A DNA stretch of 64,000 bases from Candidatus Colwellbacteria bacterium CG10_big_fil_rev_8_21_14_0_10_42_22. Its GTDB lineage: Bacteria; Patescibacteriota; Minisyncoccia; UBA6257; Colwellbacteraceae. Shown one piece after another: positions 1-9,780 of the stretch (position 1 is the first letter of the stretch; every line of letters begins with the position of its first letter). The notes beneath the pieces are model-generated. The model did not search any database. It saw nothing but the letters and a program-made list of their open reading frames with translations, and was not told where the DNA came from. A program made the position numbers and the translations under genes. The stretch is taken from NCBI GenBank assembly GCA_002773725.1, contig PFAH01000002.1, positions 59,590 through 123,589 on the forward strand, read 5' to 3'.

Positions 1-491
1 TGGAGGGAAAGCTTAATATTGTCTTCTATTATCTTTTTGAATCCCTGAACCGTTGTTCGGCTATAAAGAGAAAACCCCTTATTTAAATCATCACCAGACG
101 CTAAGTAGGGCACAACGCGGGCTTTAATATAGCGTTCCAAAAACTCCACATCCACTAAGTTGCCCGGATCTTCCATGGCCACCAATATTGACCCATCTTG
201 ATTGCGTCCAAAAGGCACAGTTCTCTTCTGGCGAGCAACGTCTTCGGGTAAAAGATTTAATATATTTGTATCAATATCTTTTTCTCCCAACTGGGCAAGG
301 GGAACATTTAAATATCTCGATGCTAAGTTAAGAAAATACTCATTAGTAATAATATTTCTAGATATTAGAACTTCGGCAATAGTATTGCCGAGGCGAGTCG
401 CCTCCTCTGCAATGGAGTTGAAAGATTCTTCTGTTACTAGCCCGTCGGCTAGAAGCATTTCTTTTAATTTTGAATCTGGAATTGTAGTCAT
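1..491 (-). CDS. pilB: PilB/GspE-family type IV pilus assembly ATPase, N-terminal part (runs off the window)
   Basis: Hand translation from ATG at 491: MTTIPDSKLKEMLLADGLVTEE...LNLLPEDVARQKRTVPF...VAMEDP, a GspE/PilB N-terminal domain pattern. Lies downstream of a pilin gene. Not in the ORF track. Confidence 0.8.
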   Translation of the reverse strand, partial: MTTIPDSKLKEMLLADGLVTEESFNSIAEEATRLGNTIAEVLISRNIITNEYFLNLASRYLNVPLAQLGEKDIDTNILNLLPEDVARQKRTVPFGRNQDGSILVAMEDPGNLVDVEFLERYIKARVVPYLASGDDLNKGFSLYSRTTVQGFKKIIEDNIKLSL

Positions 492-547
492 ACTAAGAAA
501 TGGGGTGATAAAACCCTTCTTTATTCAATTTTAACACAAACCCACGT

Positions 548-1144
548 TTAGATTTTGAGCAAAAGCCAAATATCAGACTTCACGAAGGGTGAGTACCAGA
601 TAAACGTCATTAACAGAGCGGCTGTTGACCATAAATAGTAAAGGGGTAGTCTGGCATTTCTTGCCTCTTTAACCATTTCGAATATATGCCAGAACAAATA
701 TACGACCAGTATTGAAAAAAGATATATTAGAATCCCCGGATAACTAGATAGAAACATAAAGAGCCCCGCAATATATGATTCTTCTTCTTCAAATATCAGT
801 CCGCCTCTTTTAGCATTAATAGCTTCTAGGGCTTTTATAAAAATAAGGGCTAAAAGAAGTGCAATTAAATAAGGAAAAAAGAAATGATAAGAAATGTACT
901 TAAAGTAATATGTGCCCTGTTCTCCAAAAAAAAGGAATCGGCCCAACTCATTGCCTTGCCAAATTTTATATTGCAGATATGAAAGGTATGAGCTATAAGC
1001 CAAAACAGCTCCTCCAAATATATAAAATAAACGCTTCGCACGCTCAACTGCCCTAACTGAACCAGCTTGGAACAACCCCAAAACTATACCAACCGCCACA
1101 AGAACAAGGGCGGTCGGTATAAAACTAACAAAAAATTCGCTCAA
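548..1144 (-). CDS. Multi-pass membrane protein, resembling a divergent prepilin peptidase (A24) C-terminal half
   Basis: About 5 hydrophobic segments; located between pilin and pilB; FEEEE...LFMFLSSYPG...RLPL sits where A24 has GxGD...GW...IPF. Confidence 0.55.
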   Translation of the reverse strand: MSEFFVSFIPTALVLVAVGIVLGLFQAGSVRAVERAKRLFYIFGGAVLAYSSYLSYLQYKIWQGNELGRFLFFGEQGTYYFKYISYHFFFPYLIALLLALIFIKALEAINAKRGGLIFEEEESYIAGLFMFLSSYPGILIYLFSILVVYLFWHIFEMVKEARNARLPLYYLWSTAALLMTFIWYSPFVKSDIWLLLKI

Positions 1145-1151
1145 ATTGATA

Positions 1152-1703
1152 CTAGTCAGTTATAAGGTCTAACCCCGGATCGTTACCAATCTCGTAAACT
1201 GCAGCATCTGTTCCTCCATCACCACCATCTAGGTCTTCGGTAGTGGCATATTTGGTGCTCTCTAGAACGGTTGTTAACTCCCAAGTGTCAGTAGTGCTAG
1301 AGCCGTTATAACAATAAGCATAATTTCCACTGTTTGTGGGATCTATTGGCAAGACGGACAAAGGAGACCCTCCCGTAAGTTCGTCAAAATCAACATAAAC
1401 CCATCCAACGCCACCCGTTGTTCTAACAGCCGTTGTGCTAGCAGTCATAGCTTCATCGCACGCTCCCGAGGCCTGCGTTACGGTCGTCACTCCAGTACCA
1501 ACAGCGGGGCTAGAGGTTGAAACCAGATAGAGACCAAGGGCAGAATTGATACTAGACAAATCCTGCAACCTCTGTGAGTCCCTCGCCTGCTTCAAAAGCT
1601 CAGCGGGGTTTAGAACTACTACTACTGCGGAAGCCAAAACACCCAAGATGCCAATGACAATCAGCAGTTCAACTAAAGTAAAACCTTTTTTTGTTTGTTC
1701 CAT
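1152..1703 (-). CDS. Type IV pilin
   Basis: Class III signal peptide KKG/FTLVELLIVIGILGVLA with Glu5. Confidence 0.95.
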   Translation of the reverse strand: MEQTKKGFTLVELLIVIGILGVLASAVVVVLNPAELLKQARDSQRLQDLSSINSALGLYLVSTSSPAVGTGVTTVTQASGACDEAMTASTTAVRTTGGVGWVYVDFDELTGGSPLSVLPIDPTNSGNYAYCYNGSSTTDTWELTTVLESTKYATTEDLDGGDGGTDAAVYEIGNDPGLDLITD

Positions 1704-1784
1704 TTTATTAAGCTTAAAAACGACTTTTTATTTTATTACTCTTATTATACCAAATATATGGGGGGGGTGGTGGATAATTAAGAT

Positions 1785-2189
1785 TTATTTATTTACTACT
1801 TTTTTAATCTCCTCTACTAGTGTATCTATGGGCATTTGGGCTTTTACGAAATAGTTAATTACGCCTAATTGTTTACCTCTTTCAATATCGCTACTCTGTC
1901 CTAAATTAGATGTAATAATGACAGGCGCCCTATCTAAGGTTGGATCTGCCTGAATTTCTTCCAGTACTTCAAACCCCGATTTTTGAGGCAATATAATGTC
2001 TAAAAGTATCAAATCCGGCTTAGTTTCAGCTCTTAATATAGATAGCGCTTCTTCACCCGTCATAGCCCTAACTACCTTCAAACCGGCTTTTTGCAAACGA
2101 GTTGTTAGAAGGCTCGACAAAAAGGGGTCGTCTTCGACTAGAAGAATTGTCTTGTCTCCCATTTCTGCTTGTATTTTATCTTCGGGCAT
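1785..2189 (-). CDS. Single-domain response regulator (CheY-like receiver)
   Basis: ILLVEDD, PDLILLDIILP, SGFEVL, conserved K in FVKA. Confidence 0.93.
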   Translation of the reverse strand: MPEDKIQAEMGDKTILLVEDDPFLSSLLTTRLQKAGLKVVRAMTGEEALSILRAETKPDLILLDIILPQKSGFEVLEEIQADPTLDRAPVIITSNLGQSSDIERGKQLGVINYFVKAQMPIDTLVEEIKKVVNK

Positions 2190-2210
2190 ATCTCATTAAT
2201 TGTATGCTAA

Positions 2211-2244
2211 AAGAAAAGTCCGCTCAAATGAACGGACTTTTCTT
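2211..2244 (-). terminator. Hairpin terminator after the 16S rRNA
   Basis: 12-bp perfect arms AAGAAAAGTCCG/CGGACTTTTCTT, T-rich end on the minus strand. Confidence 0.7.
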
Positions 2245-2246
2245 AA

Positions 2247-2267
2247 AACGCTTTTTAGTTGTCCCAA
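2247..2267. repeat. Trailer arm of the 16S leader/trailer processing stem
   Basis: Perfect 21-nt reverse complement of 3928-3948. Confidence 0.85.
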
Positions 2268-2371
2268 GATATCTTGGCAACAAAATCTTTTAATCCAGTA
2301 ACTCTGGATAATCGAGACTTGAAGACTCCTCGATCAACATCTCCCCGATTTAGGTCGGGGACCTATTCTCA

Positions 2372-3850
<1,479 letters not shown>

Positions 3851-3927
3851 TAATTCTCTCTGAAGTTGAGCTCCAAAGGGAATAGACTTTGTCTACCTAA
3901 TGTAGATCTACCTGCCGATGGGCAGGT

Positions 3928-3948
3928 TTGGGACAACTAAAAAGCGTT
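3928..3948. repeat. Leader arm of the 16S processing stem
   Basis: TTGGGACAACTAAAAAGCGTT, complementary to 2247-2267. Confidence 0.85.
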
Positions 3949-4114
3949 CTGCTTTTTCTATAAGAAAATTCCACCTCTACAAAAGCTTATATATTTTGCC
4001 GAAGGGGCATAAGCATCTGTAGAGGTGGAACCTCTATTTCTTAAAGTTCTCGTATGTCAGTTGTCTTTATGGCTGTTCCATAATGTATAACAATTCATAA
4101 CCGACCGTCTCCAT

Positions 4115-4142
4115 ATTATATGAGTCAAATGTATGTCGTCAA
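4115..4142 (-). promoter_or_regulatory. rRNA promoter
   Basis: TTGACG-16 bp-TATAAT; a 16-bp spacer is typical of rRNA P1 promoters. Confidence 0.8.
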
Positions 4143-4143
4143 C

Positions 4144-4164
4144 CCTGCCTGCCGGTAGACAAGG
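4144..4164. repeat. Degenerate copy of the CCTGCCTGCCGGTAGGCAGG palindromic element
   Basis: CCTGCCTGCCGGTAG is identical to 20108-20122. Confidence 0.6.
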
Positions 4165-4182
4165 ATCGGGGCAAGCCCCATC

Positions 4183-4211
4183 AGAAAAGCCCCCACTACG
4201 GGGGCTTTTCT
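4183..4211 (-). terminator. Intrinsic terminator after the FN3 gene
   Basis: AGAAAAGCCCCC-loop-GGGGGCTTTTCT. Confidence 0.8.
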
Positions 4212-4286
4212 TTTAAGAGTTCGTTTTGTCTAGGACACTCACTTTACCAACACGCCTACTCGTAGGCAATGCTGGTTCAACACAGG

Positions 4287-6791
4287 TTACACTAGTGCGG
4301 CAGACCTTTTGTCACGTCCAGCGACAAAGTAACGAACTGCAAAGTAGATCAAGAGGATGAGTAAGAACAGCCACAAGATCGGGCTCGTGAAGAAATCACG
4401 CAAGCTGTCTAGAAGTAAAGCGGTGAAAGTTCCGCCAACCCTACCGCTAATCAACTCTCCAAAAGTGTGTTCGTCAATAACGGTCACAACTTTACGAGTT
4501 CCGCTGTCTGTGTATTCCACGTCAGCAGTAAAGCGGATAGTGTCATTTACATCGACACTGTTGCTTACCTCTGTGGTAATCACGAATGAATCTTGTTCGT
4601 CCGGACTGATGGTGCCGATATTAAATGTCAGCACATCATTTCGGTCATTGTCGGCATTCGGATCTGCATCAACGAAATCAAGCTCACGAGGGAGATCAAC
4701 TAACAGTTGTGCATCGGTGAAGGTTTCATCGGTGCGATTCTCGTAAGAAACTGTGTAGCTAATCTCGCGACTATCCTCAGCGCCGATTCTGTCAGCGTCA
4801 AGGGTAATTATGAGAGCTTCTATTTCTGGCTCTTCTTCTACTTCAACCGTCCTGAAAACTTCAACAATTCGGGTAACTACGTTTACTATCGGAGCTCCAG
4901 TACGGAAACTTCTAACAAAACCGTAGTCGGTACCCTCACTGTTTCTAGCTACAGCGCGGTAGTAGTAAGTAGTTTGAGAAGCGAGACCGGTGATTCTGTA
5001 GTCGAAATCGATATTATCGTTATCGCCTATATCATCGCGAGAGGTCTCCCTGTTAAGATTAGAGACACTAGTGCCCCATTGGAACCACACATCTGTGTCG
5101 TTACCATTGGCATCAACATCGCCCTCTAGAGTAGCTTCGTTTTGTCCAACTCCAGTCGGAGCCAAAGTAGTTACATCGGGCCCTTCGTCAGATGAACTTC
5201 CACCGTTTTCGTCTGTAGTAAAGCTTCTAGTAGAACCCTCATCTTCCTCACCACCGTCATCTTCTATAAAACAACGGAAGTAATACTTAGTGTCCTCGTC
5301 GAGACCAGAAATGATCTTTGTAACTATTTCATTTGTCTCTCCATCTTGAACACTTATTTTAGAGGTCTTTTCATCTAAGTCGGTGTCTTCACCCCACTCA
5401 AACCAAACATCGGCATCGTCGCCATTAGTATCAACTTCACAGCGCAAACGGGCGCTATCTTCATCTATCCTATCGGCAGACAAGGTTGTGGCGCTTGGCT
5501 TGTCGCCTGATCCACCGCCGTTATCGTCTGTAGTGAAGTTCAAAATATTACCCCTGTCTGTGCCTTCGCTATTTTTAGCTACACAGCGGAAGTAATACTT
5601 AGTGTCCTCATCCAAGTCGTCAATGTCTATTTCAACTCTTTCGTTAGTTTCATCAGCATCAACATCAACCTTAGATGTGTCTTCATCGAGATCATCGTCG
5701 TCCTCGCCCCACTCAAACCAAACTTCAGTATCATTGCCATTAGCATCTACATCACAACGCAAGGTTGCACTATCTTCGTCTACGTCAGTAGCAGAGACAG
5801 TAGTTGCCTCGGGCGCGTCTTCTGTTGGTCCGGGATCGTCATCGTCTGTAGTGAAGTTCAAAATATTACCCCTGTCTGTGCCTTCGCTATTTTTAGCTAC
5901 ACAGCGGAAGTAATACTTAGTGTCTTCGTCGAGACCGGTAGCAACTCTAGTAAAAGAGAAGGTGTCATTGTTCTTGCCAATAATTCTTACACTGGTCTCT
6001 TTATTTAAGTTGTTGCTATTCTCACCGTACTCAAACCAAGCTTCTGTGTTGGCTCCATTGGGGTCAACATCACAATGCAATGTAGCACTGTTTCTATCTA
6101 CGTTTGTAGCAGAGACAGTGGTGGCTTCGGGTGCACCCCCTGTTGGTCCAGGATTCTCGTCACCATTAACCCTGAAACTAACTACGACGAAGCCAGCGTT
6201 TCTCTCGCCGGGCTTAATATTCCCGACTGAAAGACCGCTACTATCAAGCACGTCCTCTGGGTCGCCCGAGAGAGGAACTTCGTGCACTGGGTTCCAGTGA
6301 GTGGTCTGAACAGTAGCAAGATGATCCACATCTGTAATCTTTCCGTCTCCGGTTAAATTAACAACCACTGTTTCGGCTTTCTGGGGAGCGTTATTCGCCC
6401 AGATATAACCCCTGATAACCACTTTGCGACCATCAGATGAAATAGTCGGATATATCCTCACTTTGGCACCGTTGGCTCTATCGTCACCGGTATTATTGAA
6501 AAATAATACGGCAGCAACTTTATCACCAAGTTCGGCGTTTACGCTTTGATTTTGCCAATTATAGGTTCCTCCTTGATTAGTGGAGCTCCCTACTCGTAGA
6601 AAATCATAAGGTTGAGAGCCCTGATTAAATACGGCAGCGGCGAAAACGGTGTTAATCAACGGTAGCGCTAAGTTAGCTGCCACAAATAAACCAGTTACAA
6701 TGGCTATCAATCCTTTTCTTTGACCTTTTAACAAATTAGTCATTTGTTTTTTGTATTTATTTTTAACCTTTATGCGAGCTTTATTACCCAC
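4287..6791 (-). CDS. Acidic cell-surface protein with four FN3-like repeats, a DUF11-like domain and a C-terminal TM anchor; true start may be the later MTNLLKG
   Basis: Signal peptide; four repeats of ATT.SA...ATL.C.VD.NG...WFEWG...TKYYFRC; ITYTVSYEN...LPRELDFVDA; hydrophobic C-terminus followed by basic residues. Confidence 0.85.
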   Translation of the reverse strand: MGNKARIKVKNKYKKQMTNLLKGQRKGLIAIVTGLFVAANLALPLINTVFAAAVFNQGSQPYDFLRVGSSTNQGGTYNWQNQSVNAELGDKVAAVLFFNNTGDDRANGAKVRIYPTISSDGRKVVIRGYIWANNAPQKAETVVVNLTGDGKITDVDHLATVQTTHWNPVHEVPLSGDPEDVLDSSGLSVGNIKPGERNAGFVVVSFRVNGDENPGPTGGAPEATTVSATNVDRNSATLHCDVDPNGANTEAWFEYGENSNNLNKETSVRIIGKNNDTFSFTRVATGLDEDTKYYFRCVAKNSEGTDRGNILNFTTDDDDPGPTEDAPEATTVSATDVDEDSATLRCDVDANGNDTEVWFEWGEDDDDLDEDTSKVDVDADETNERVEIDIDDLDEDTKYYFRCVAKNSEGTDRGNILNFTTDDNGGGSGDKPSATTLSADRIDEDSARLRCEVDTNGDDADVWFEWGEDTDLDEKTSKISVQDGETNEIVTKIISGLDEDTKYYFRCFIEDDGGEEDEGSTRSFTTDENGGSSSDEGPDVTTLAPTGVGQNEATLEGDVDANGNDTDVWFQWGTSVSNLNRETSRDDIGDNDNIDFDYRITGLASQTTYYYRAVARNSEGTDYGFVRSFRTGAPIVNVVTRIVEVFRTVEVEEEPEIEALIITLDADRIGAEDSREISYTVSYENRTDETFTDAQLLVDLPRELDFVDADPNADNDRNDVLTFNIGTISPDEQDSFVITTEVSNSVDVNDTIRFTADVEYTDSGTRKVVTVIDEHTFGELISGRVGGTFTALLLDSLRDFFTSPILWLFLLILLIYFAVRYFVAGRDKRSAALV
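5523..5924. repeat. Exact 84-bp direct repeat (5523-5606 and 5841-5924) between FN3 units
   Basis: Identical DNA, offset 318 bp. Confidence 0.9.
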
Positions 6792-6834
6792 ATTTAAACC
6801 CTTGACGCTTTATTTTCAAGAGTTTAGGCGTAGG

Positions 6835-6879
6835 TCCCTCCGACTATTTTGTGCGCGAACACACATTTCGTCGGAGGGA
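6835..6879 (-). terminator. 3' hairpin of GC-rich cassette 1
   Basis: TCCCTCCGAC...GTCGGAGGGA arms with an inner hairpin; no U-tract on the minus strand. Confidence 0.5.
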
Positions 6880-6935
6880 TTTTTCGGATCTTAGACAGAC
6901 CCGAATATAGCCAGGACGCTACCTACACGGAATCG

Positions 6936-8165
6936 TTACGGGATAGTCGGCTGACTACCACCACCCTCGGTGGTGGCGGACGACTCTGTCGGGATGGTGG
7001 GCTGTCCGGAGCAAGCTTCGGGGTTCTCCACCTCCGGGACGTTGAACCTATAGGAGCGACTCGTCGATGCTCCAAGGTTGTCCGTCGCCGTCACGGTGAC
7101 GGTGTGCCGACCCAAGTAGTACGGGCCATTTGCCAGAGAGAACACAACCGACCTCACGCCGTCTGGATCGGAAACGTTCGCTCCGAAGACGACCTCTGCG
7201 AAACCTTCACAATTCGTCTCCCCGAGCGTCGCCGAAATCGAGATGATTTCAGGGCCGACATTTGGGGTCGTAGTCGTGGTCGGTTCAGTGGTCGTCGGCA
7301 CCTCGGTCGTCGTCGAACCCTCGGTGGTCGTCGTTGAGCCACCACCCCCTCGGGTTGTCGGCGGTTCATAGGGCGCCGTCGACGAAGGAACCTCGCAGGT
7401 GCGGCATGGAATGCCGCACTCATTGAGAACGCCGAGCACCATCAGACGAAACTCGTCCGCTTCCCACGCTCCGGGGTGATCCAGAAGATGAGCATCGATG
7501 AGGGCGTACACCCTGTCGATGTCTCCTTGGATGTAGCCGAGCTTTTCGCTCAGCCACCCGCGAAGATTCGCGATTTCCTGGTCGTTGCCAGCCACGTCCG
7601 CCTTCAGGGCGCCAACACGCGGACCGAAGTCGAGTGTGAACCGCTCGAAGTCAGAGCGAAGGTTGGCGATGGAAGTCACGACTCCGTCGATGCGGTCGTC
7701 GACGGCGCTGATATCACCGGCATTCCGGCCGGCGATGGCGAGCGCCAACACCGTGCCAATCGTGGCGATCAAGATCGCCACGGCACCAAGACCGGCGAGG
7801 AACCGACGACCGTTCCGGCCGTGGGCCTCACCCCGCAAACGCTCATCGCGCTCGCGGTCGAGGTCTCGACGGAGCCGGTCTTCGACGGCCTGATCGGCCG
7901 CCTGGACTTGACCCCAGAGACGACCGAATGCGTTTGTGATCGCATTCGCCGTCTCTCCCGGAATCCGAGCCACGTCGGCACGGATGTCGGAGACCGCGGT
8001 CTCCACTGCATTGATACGGCGACGCGCCGACTTGTCTTTGGACATCTTGTTTCCCTTCTTTCGGGGAGCCTGACGCTTATGGTGATAACAGTAGGGCGGG
8101 TTGGTACCCACTCTAATGCGATTACCGCAGTGGGCTCCGTCCTTTCTATTACCATTGCACAGCAT
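6936..8165 (-). CDS. GC-rich ORFan single-pass membrane protein: CCCH zinc-finger-like N-terminus, coiled coils, TM, Thr-rich linker, small Ig-like domain
   Basis: Longest ORF of the islet; GAGGAGG at 8171-8177 precedes ATG 8165; C.G.RKDG..C.N...YC.HH; TM FLAGLGAVAILIATIGTVLALAIAG. Confidence 0.75.
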   Translation of the reverse strand: MLCNGNRKDGAHCGNRIRVGTNPPYCYHHKRQAPRKKGNKMSKDKSARRRINAVETAVSDIRADVARIPGETANAITNAFGRLWGQVQAADQAVEDRLRRDLDRERDERLRGEAHGRNGRRFLAGLGAVAILIATIGTVLALAIAGRNAGDISAVDDRIDGVVTSIANLRSDFERFTLDFGPRVGALKADVAGNDQEIANLRGWLSEKLGYIQGDIDRVYALIDAHLLDHPGAWEADEFRLMVLGVLNECGIPCRTCEVPSSTAPYEPPTTRGGGGSTTTTEGSTTTEVPTTTEPTTTTTPNVGPEIISISATLGETNCEGFAEVVFGANVSDPDGVRSVVFSLANGPYYLGRHTVTVTATDNLGASTSRSYRFNVPEVENPEACSGQPTIPTESSATTEGGGSQPTIP

Positions 8166-8188
8166 CAGACCCTCCTCTCTAGGGAGTG

Positions 8189-8240
8189 CTAGCATGTGCT
8201 AAGTGTCCACCATTTCTGACGGACACTTAGCACATGCTAG
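8189..8240. repeat. Perfect 20-bp inverted repeat in the cassette 1 leader
   Basis: CTAGCATGTGCTAAGTGTCC-12 nt-GGACACTTAGCACATGCTAG. Confidence 0.92.
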
Positions 8241-8358
8241 GTGTAGATTTTTTGTCCTGCTATTTTCCTATATGAATAGGTTGATAAATGTACAAAGCAG
8301 AAAGCGACAGAATTACTGCCTTTTACCTCTTATTTGGTACTTTCTACCATATGGTAAG

Positions 8359-8387
8359 TTTATACCACGACTTGACTAAAAAGTCAA
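8359..8387 (-). promoter_or_regulatory. sigma70-type promoter of cassette 1
   Basis: TTGACT-17-TATAAA with extended TG; the -35 lies inside the palindrome CTTGACT-AAAA-AGTCAAG. Confidence 0.65.
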
Positions 8388-8494
8388 GACATATGTGGCC
8401 ATTACTATTCTACCTCGTTAGAAGCAGGGCGCAAGAGTACGTCCGACAGCTCCCTAGGGGTAGCTTGATTTTAACGGGGCTCAAGTAAACGGGA

Positions 8495-8523
8495 TTGACT
8501 ATATCCCCATAATTACTGATAAT
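8495..8523 (+). promoter_or_regulatory. Probable rpmE-prfA promoter
   Basis: TTGACT-17-GATAAT. Confidence 0.55.
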
Positions 8524-8663
8524 AAGCCCGTTAAACCTTATGCCGTTAGAGATTATTATGTATTACGCATACGTAATACATAGCAAAAAGGGGTTTTAAT
8601 GAAGAATTTTAGATTTCTTTAAGCTAATCTAATCACGAAGTCATTACAAATAAGTTAAATTTA

Positions 8664-8987
8664 ATGAAAAAGGATACCCACCCAACATACTACAAAAACT
8701 CAAAAACTCTGTGTTCATGCGGGAAAACGCATGAAATTGGCTCTACTCGGGAGAAAATGGAGGTAGAAATTTGTTCTAACTGTCACCCCTTCTTCACGGG
8801 TCAAGAACGACTTGTTGATACTGCTGGAAGAGTAGAAAAGTTTAAGGCGCGACGAGCGAAGGCGGAACTCACAAAGGCATCTATTAAAAGCAGGTCTGCT
8901 TCCAAAAGAAAACCAAAAATAGCCAAAACCGAAAAAATTAAGCCCACTAAGAAACCCAAGAAGACCCCCGAAAAGACATCCAAGTAA
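8664..8987 (+). CDS. rpmE: 50S ribosomal protein L31 (Zn-binding form) with a Lys-rich C-terminal extension
   Basis: MKKDTHPTY, CSCG, CSNCHPFFTG, DTAGRVEKF. Confidence 0.97.
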   Translation: MKKDTHPTYYKNSKTLCSCGKTHEIGSTREKMEVEICSNCHPFFTGQERLVDTAGRVEKFKARRAKAELTKASIKSRSASKRKPKIAKTEKIKPTKKPKKTPEKTSK

Positions 8988-9036
8988 ATCCCCCGAAAGG
9001 CGCTTACTTTGTAAGCACCACGAGGCAGGTGGACCT

Positions 9037-9777
9037 ATGAGTGACAAAGCAATACTCGAAATAAGGGCTGGTGCGGGCGGTGACGAAGCCGCTATTTTTG
9101 CGGGCGACCTAGCCCGCATGTATCAGCGTTTCGCTGAAAATGAGGGTTGGAAATTTACTGTTTTAGACACAAGTCAAACCTCCTTGGATGGCTATAAATC
9201 TTTCGTGGCTCAAATTAGGGGTGAGGGAGTATATGAAAAACTTAGGCAGGAATCTGGAGTACATCGTGTCCAACGTATTCCTAAAACAGAAAAGTCAGGC
9301 CGTATTCATACGTCAACTGCTTCTGTAGCAATAATGCCCGTAGTTGAGGCCCAAGAAGTAGCTATTAATCCAAGCGATCTAGACGTTTCTTTCTTCCGTT
9401 CAAGTGGTCCGGGTGGTCAAAACGTTAATAAAGTAGAAACGGCCGTAAGGATAGTCCATAAGCCAACCGGGGTTGTTGTAAGCTCGCAAGCTGGACGAAG
9501 TCAACAAAGTAATCGTGAGGTTGCCCTAGAGGTCCTTCGTTCTAAACTCTATGAAGCTCAAATCGAGAAACAGGGGCAAGAGATGGGAGAGTTGAGGCGT
9601 AGCCAAATAGGATCAGGTGACCGATCGGAGAAGATTCGCACATACAATTTTCCTCAAGACCGCATCACCGATCATCGTATCGGTAAGAAGTGGCACAATT
9701 TAGAAAAAATCCTTGAAGGAGATATAACGCCCATCATTAAGGCCTTTCAAAAAGCTAAAAAGGAAAGCGAGGGTTAA
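9037..9777 (+). CDS. prfA: Peptide chain release factor 1 lacking N-terminal domain 1
   Basis: ILEIRAGAGGDEA, ESGVHRVQRIPKTE (PxT), GGQ, RSEKIRTYNFPQDR. Confidence 0.93.
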   Translation: MSDKAILEIRAGAGGDEAAIFAGDLARMYQRFAENEGWKFTVLDTSQTSLDGYKSFVAQIRGEGVYEKLRQESGVHRVQRIPKTEKSGRIHTSTASVAIMPVVEAQEVAINPSDLDVSFFRSSGPGGQNVNKVETAVRIVHKPTGVVVSSQAGRSQQSNREVALEVLRSKLYEAQIEKQGQEMGELRRSQIGSGDRSEKIRTYNFPQDRITDHRIGKKWHNLEKILEGDITPIIKAFQKAKKESEG

Positions 9778-9780
9778 AAA

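Noticed and set aside
1764-1776. GGGGTGGTGGATA also occurs in the candidate ncRNA stem, suggesting targeting of the pilin promoter
   Set aside because: A 13-nt match from a ~350-nt query in 64 kb on both strands is roughly expected by chance, and the segment is paired within the RNA.
4074-4100. CATAATGTATA resembling a dif core
   Set aside because: The XerD arm TTATGTTAAAT is absent and the site is in the rRNA leader.
6849-8192. Overlapping ORFs of 162, 238, 102, 128 and 89 aa in the GC-rich islet
   Set aside because: Shadow frames expected at high GC; only the long minus-strand ORF has a promoter, SD and coherent domains.
9022-9036. GAGGCAGGTGG before prfA as a core-gene SD site
   Set aside because: A single imperfect case; noted as a caveat to the SD-free pattern but not supported as functional.
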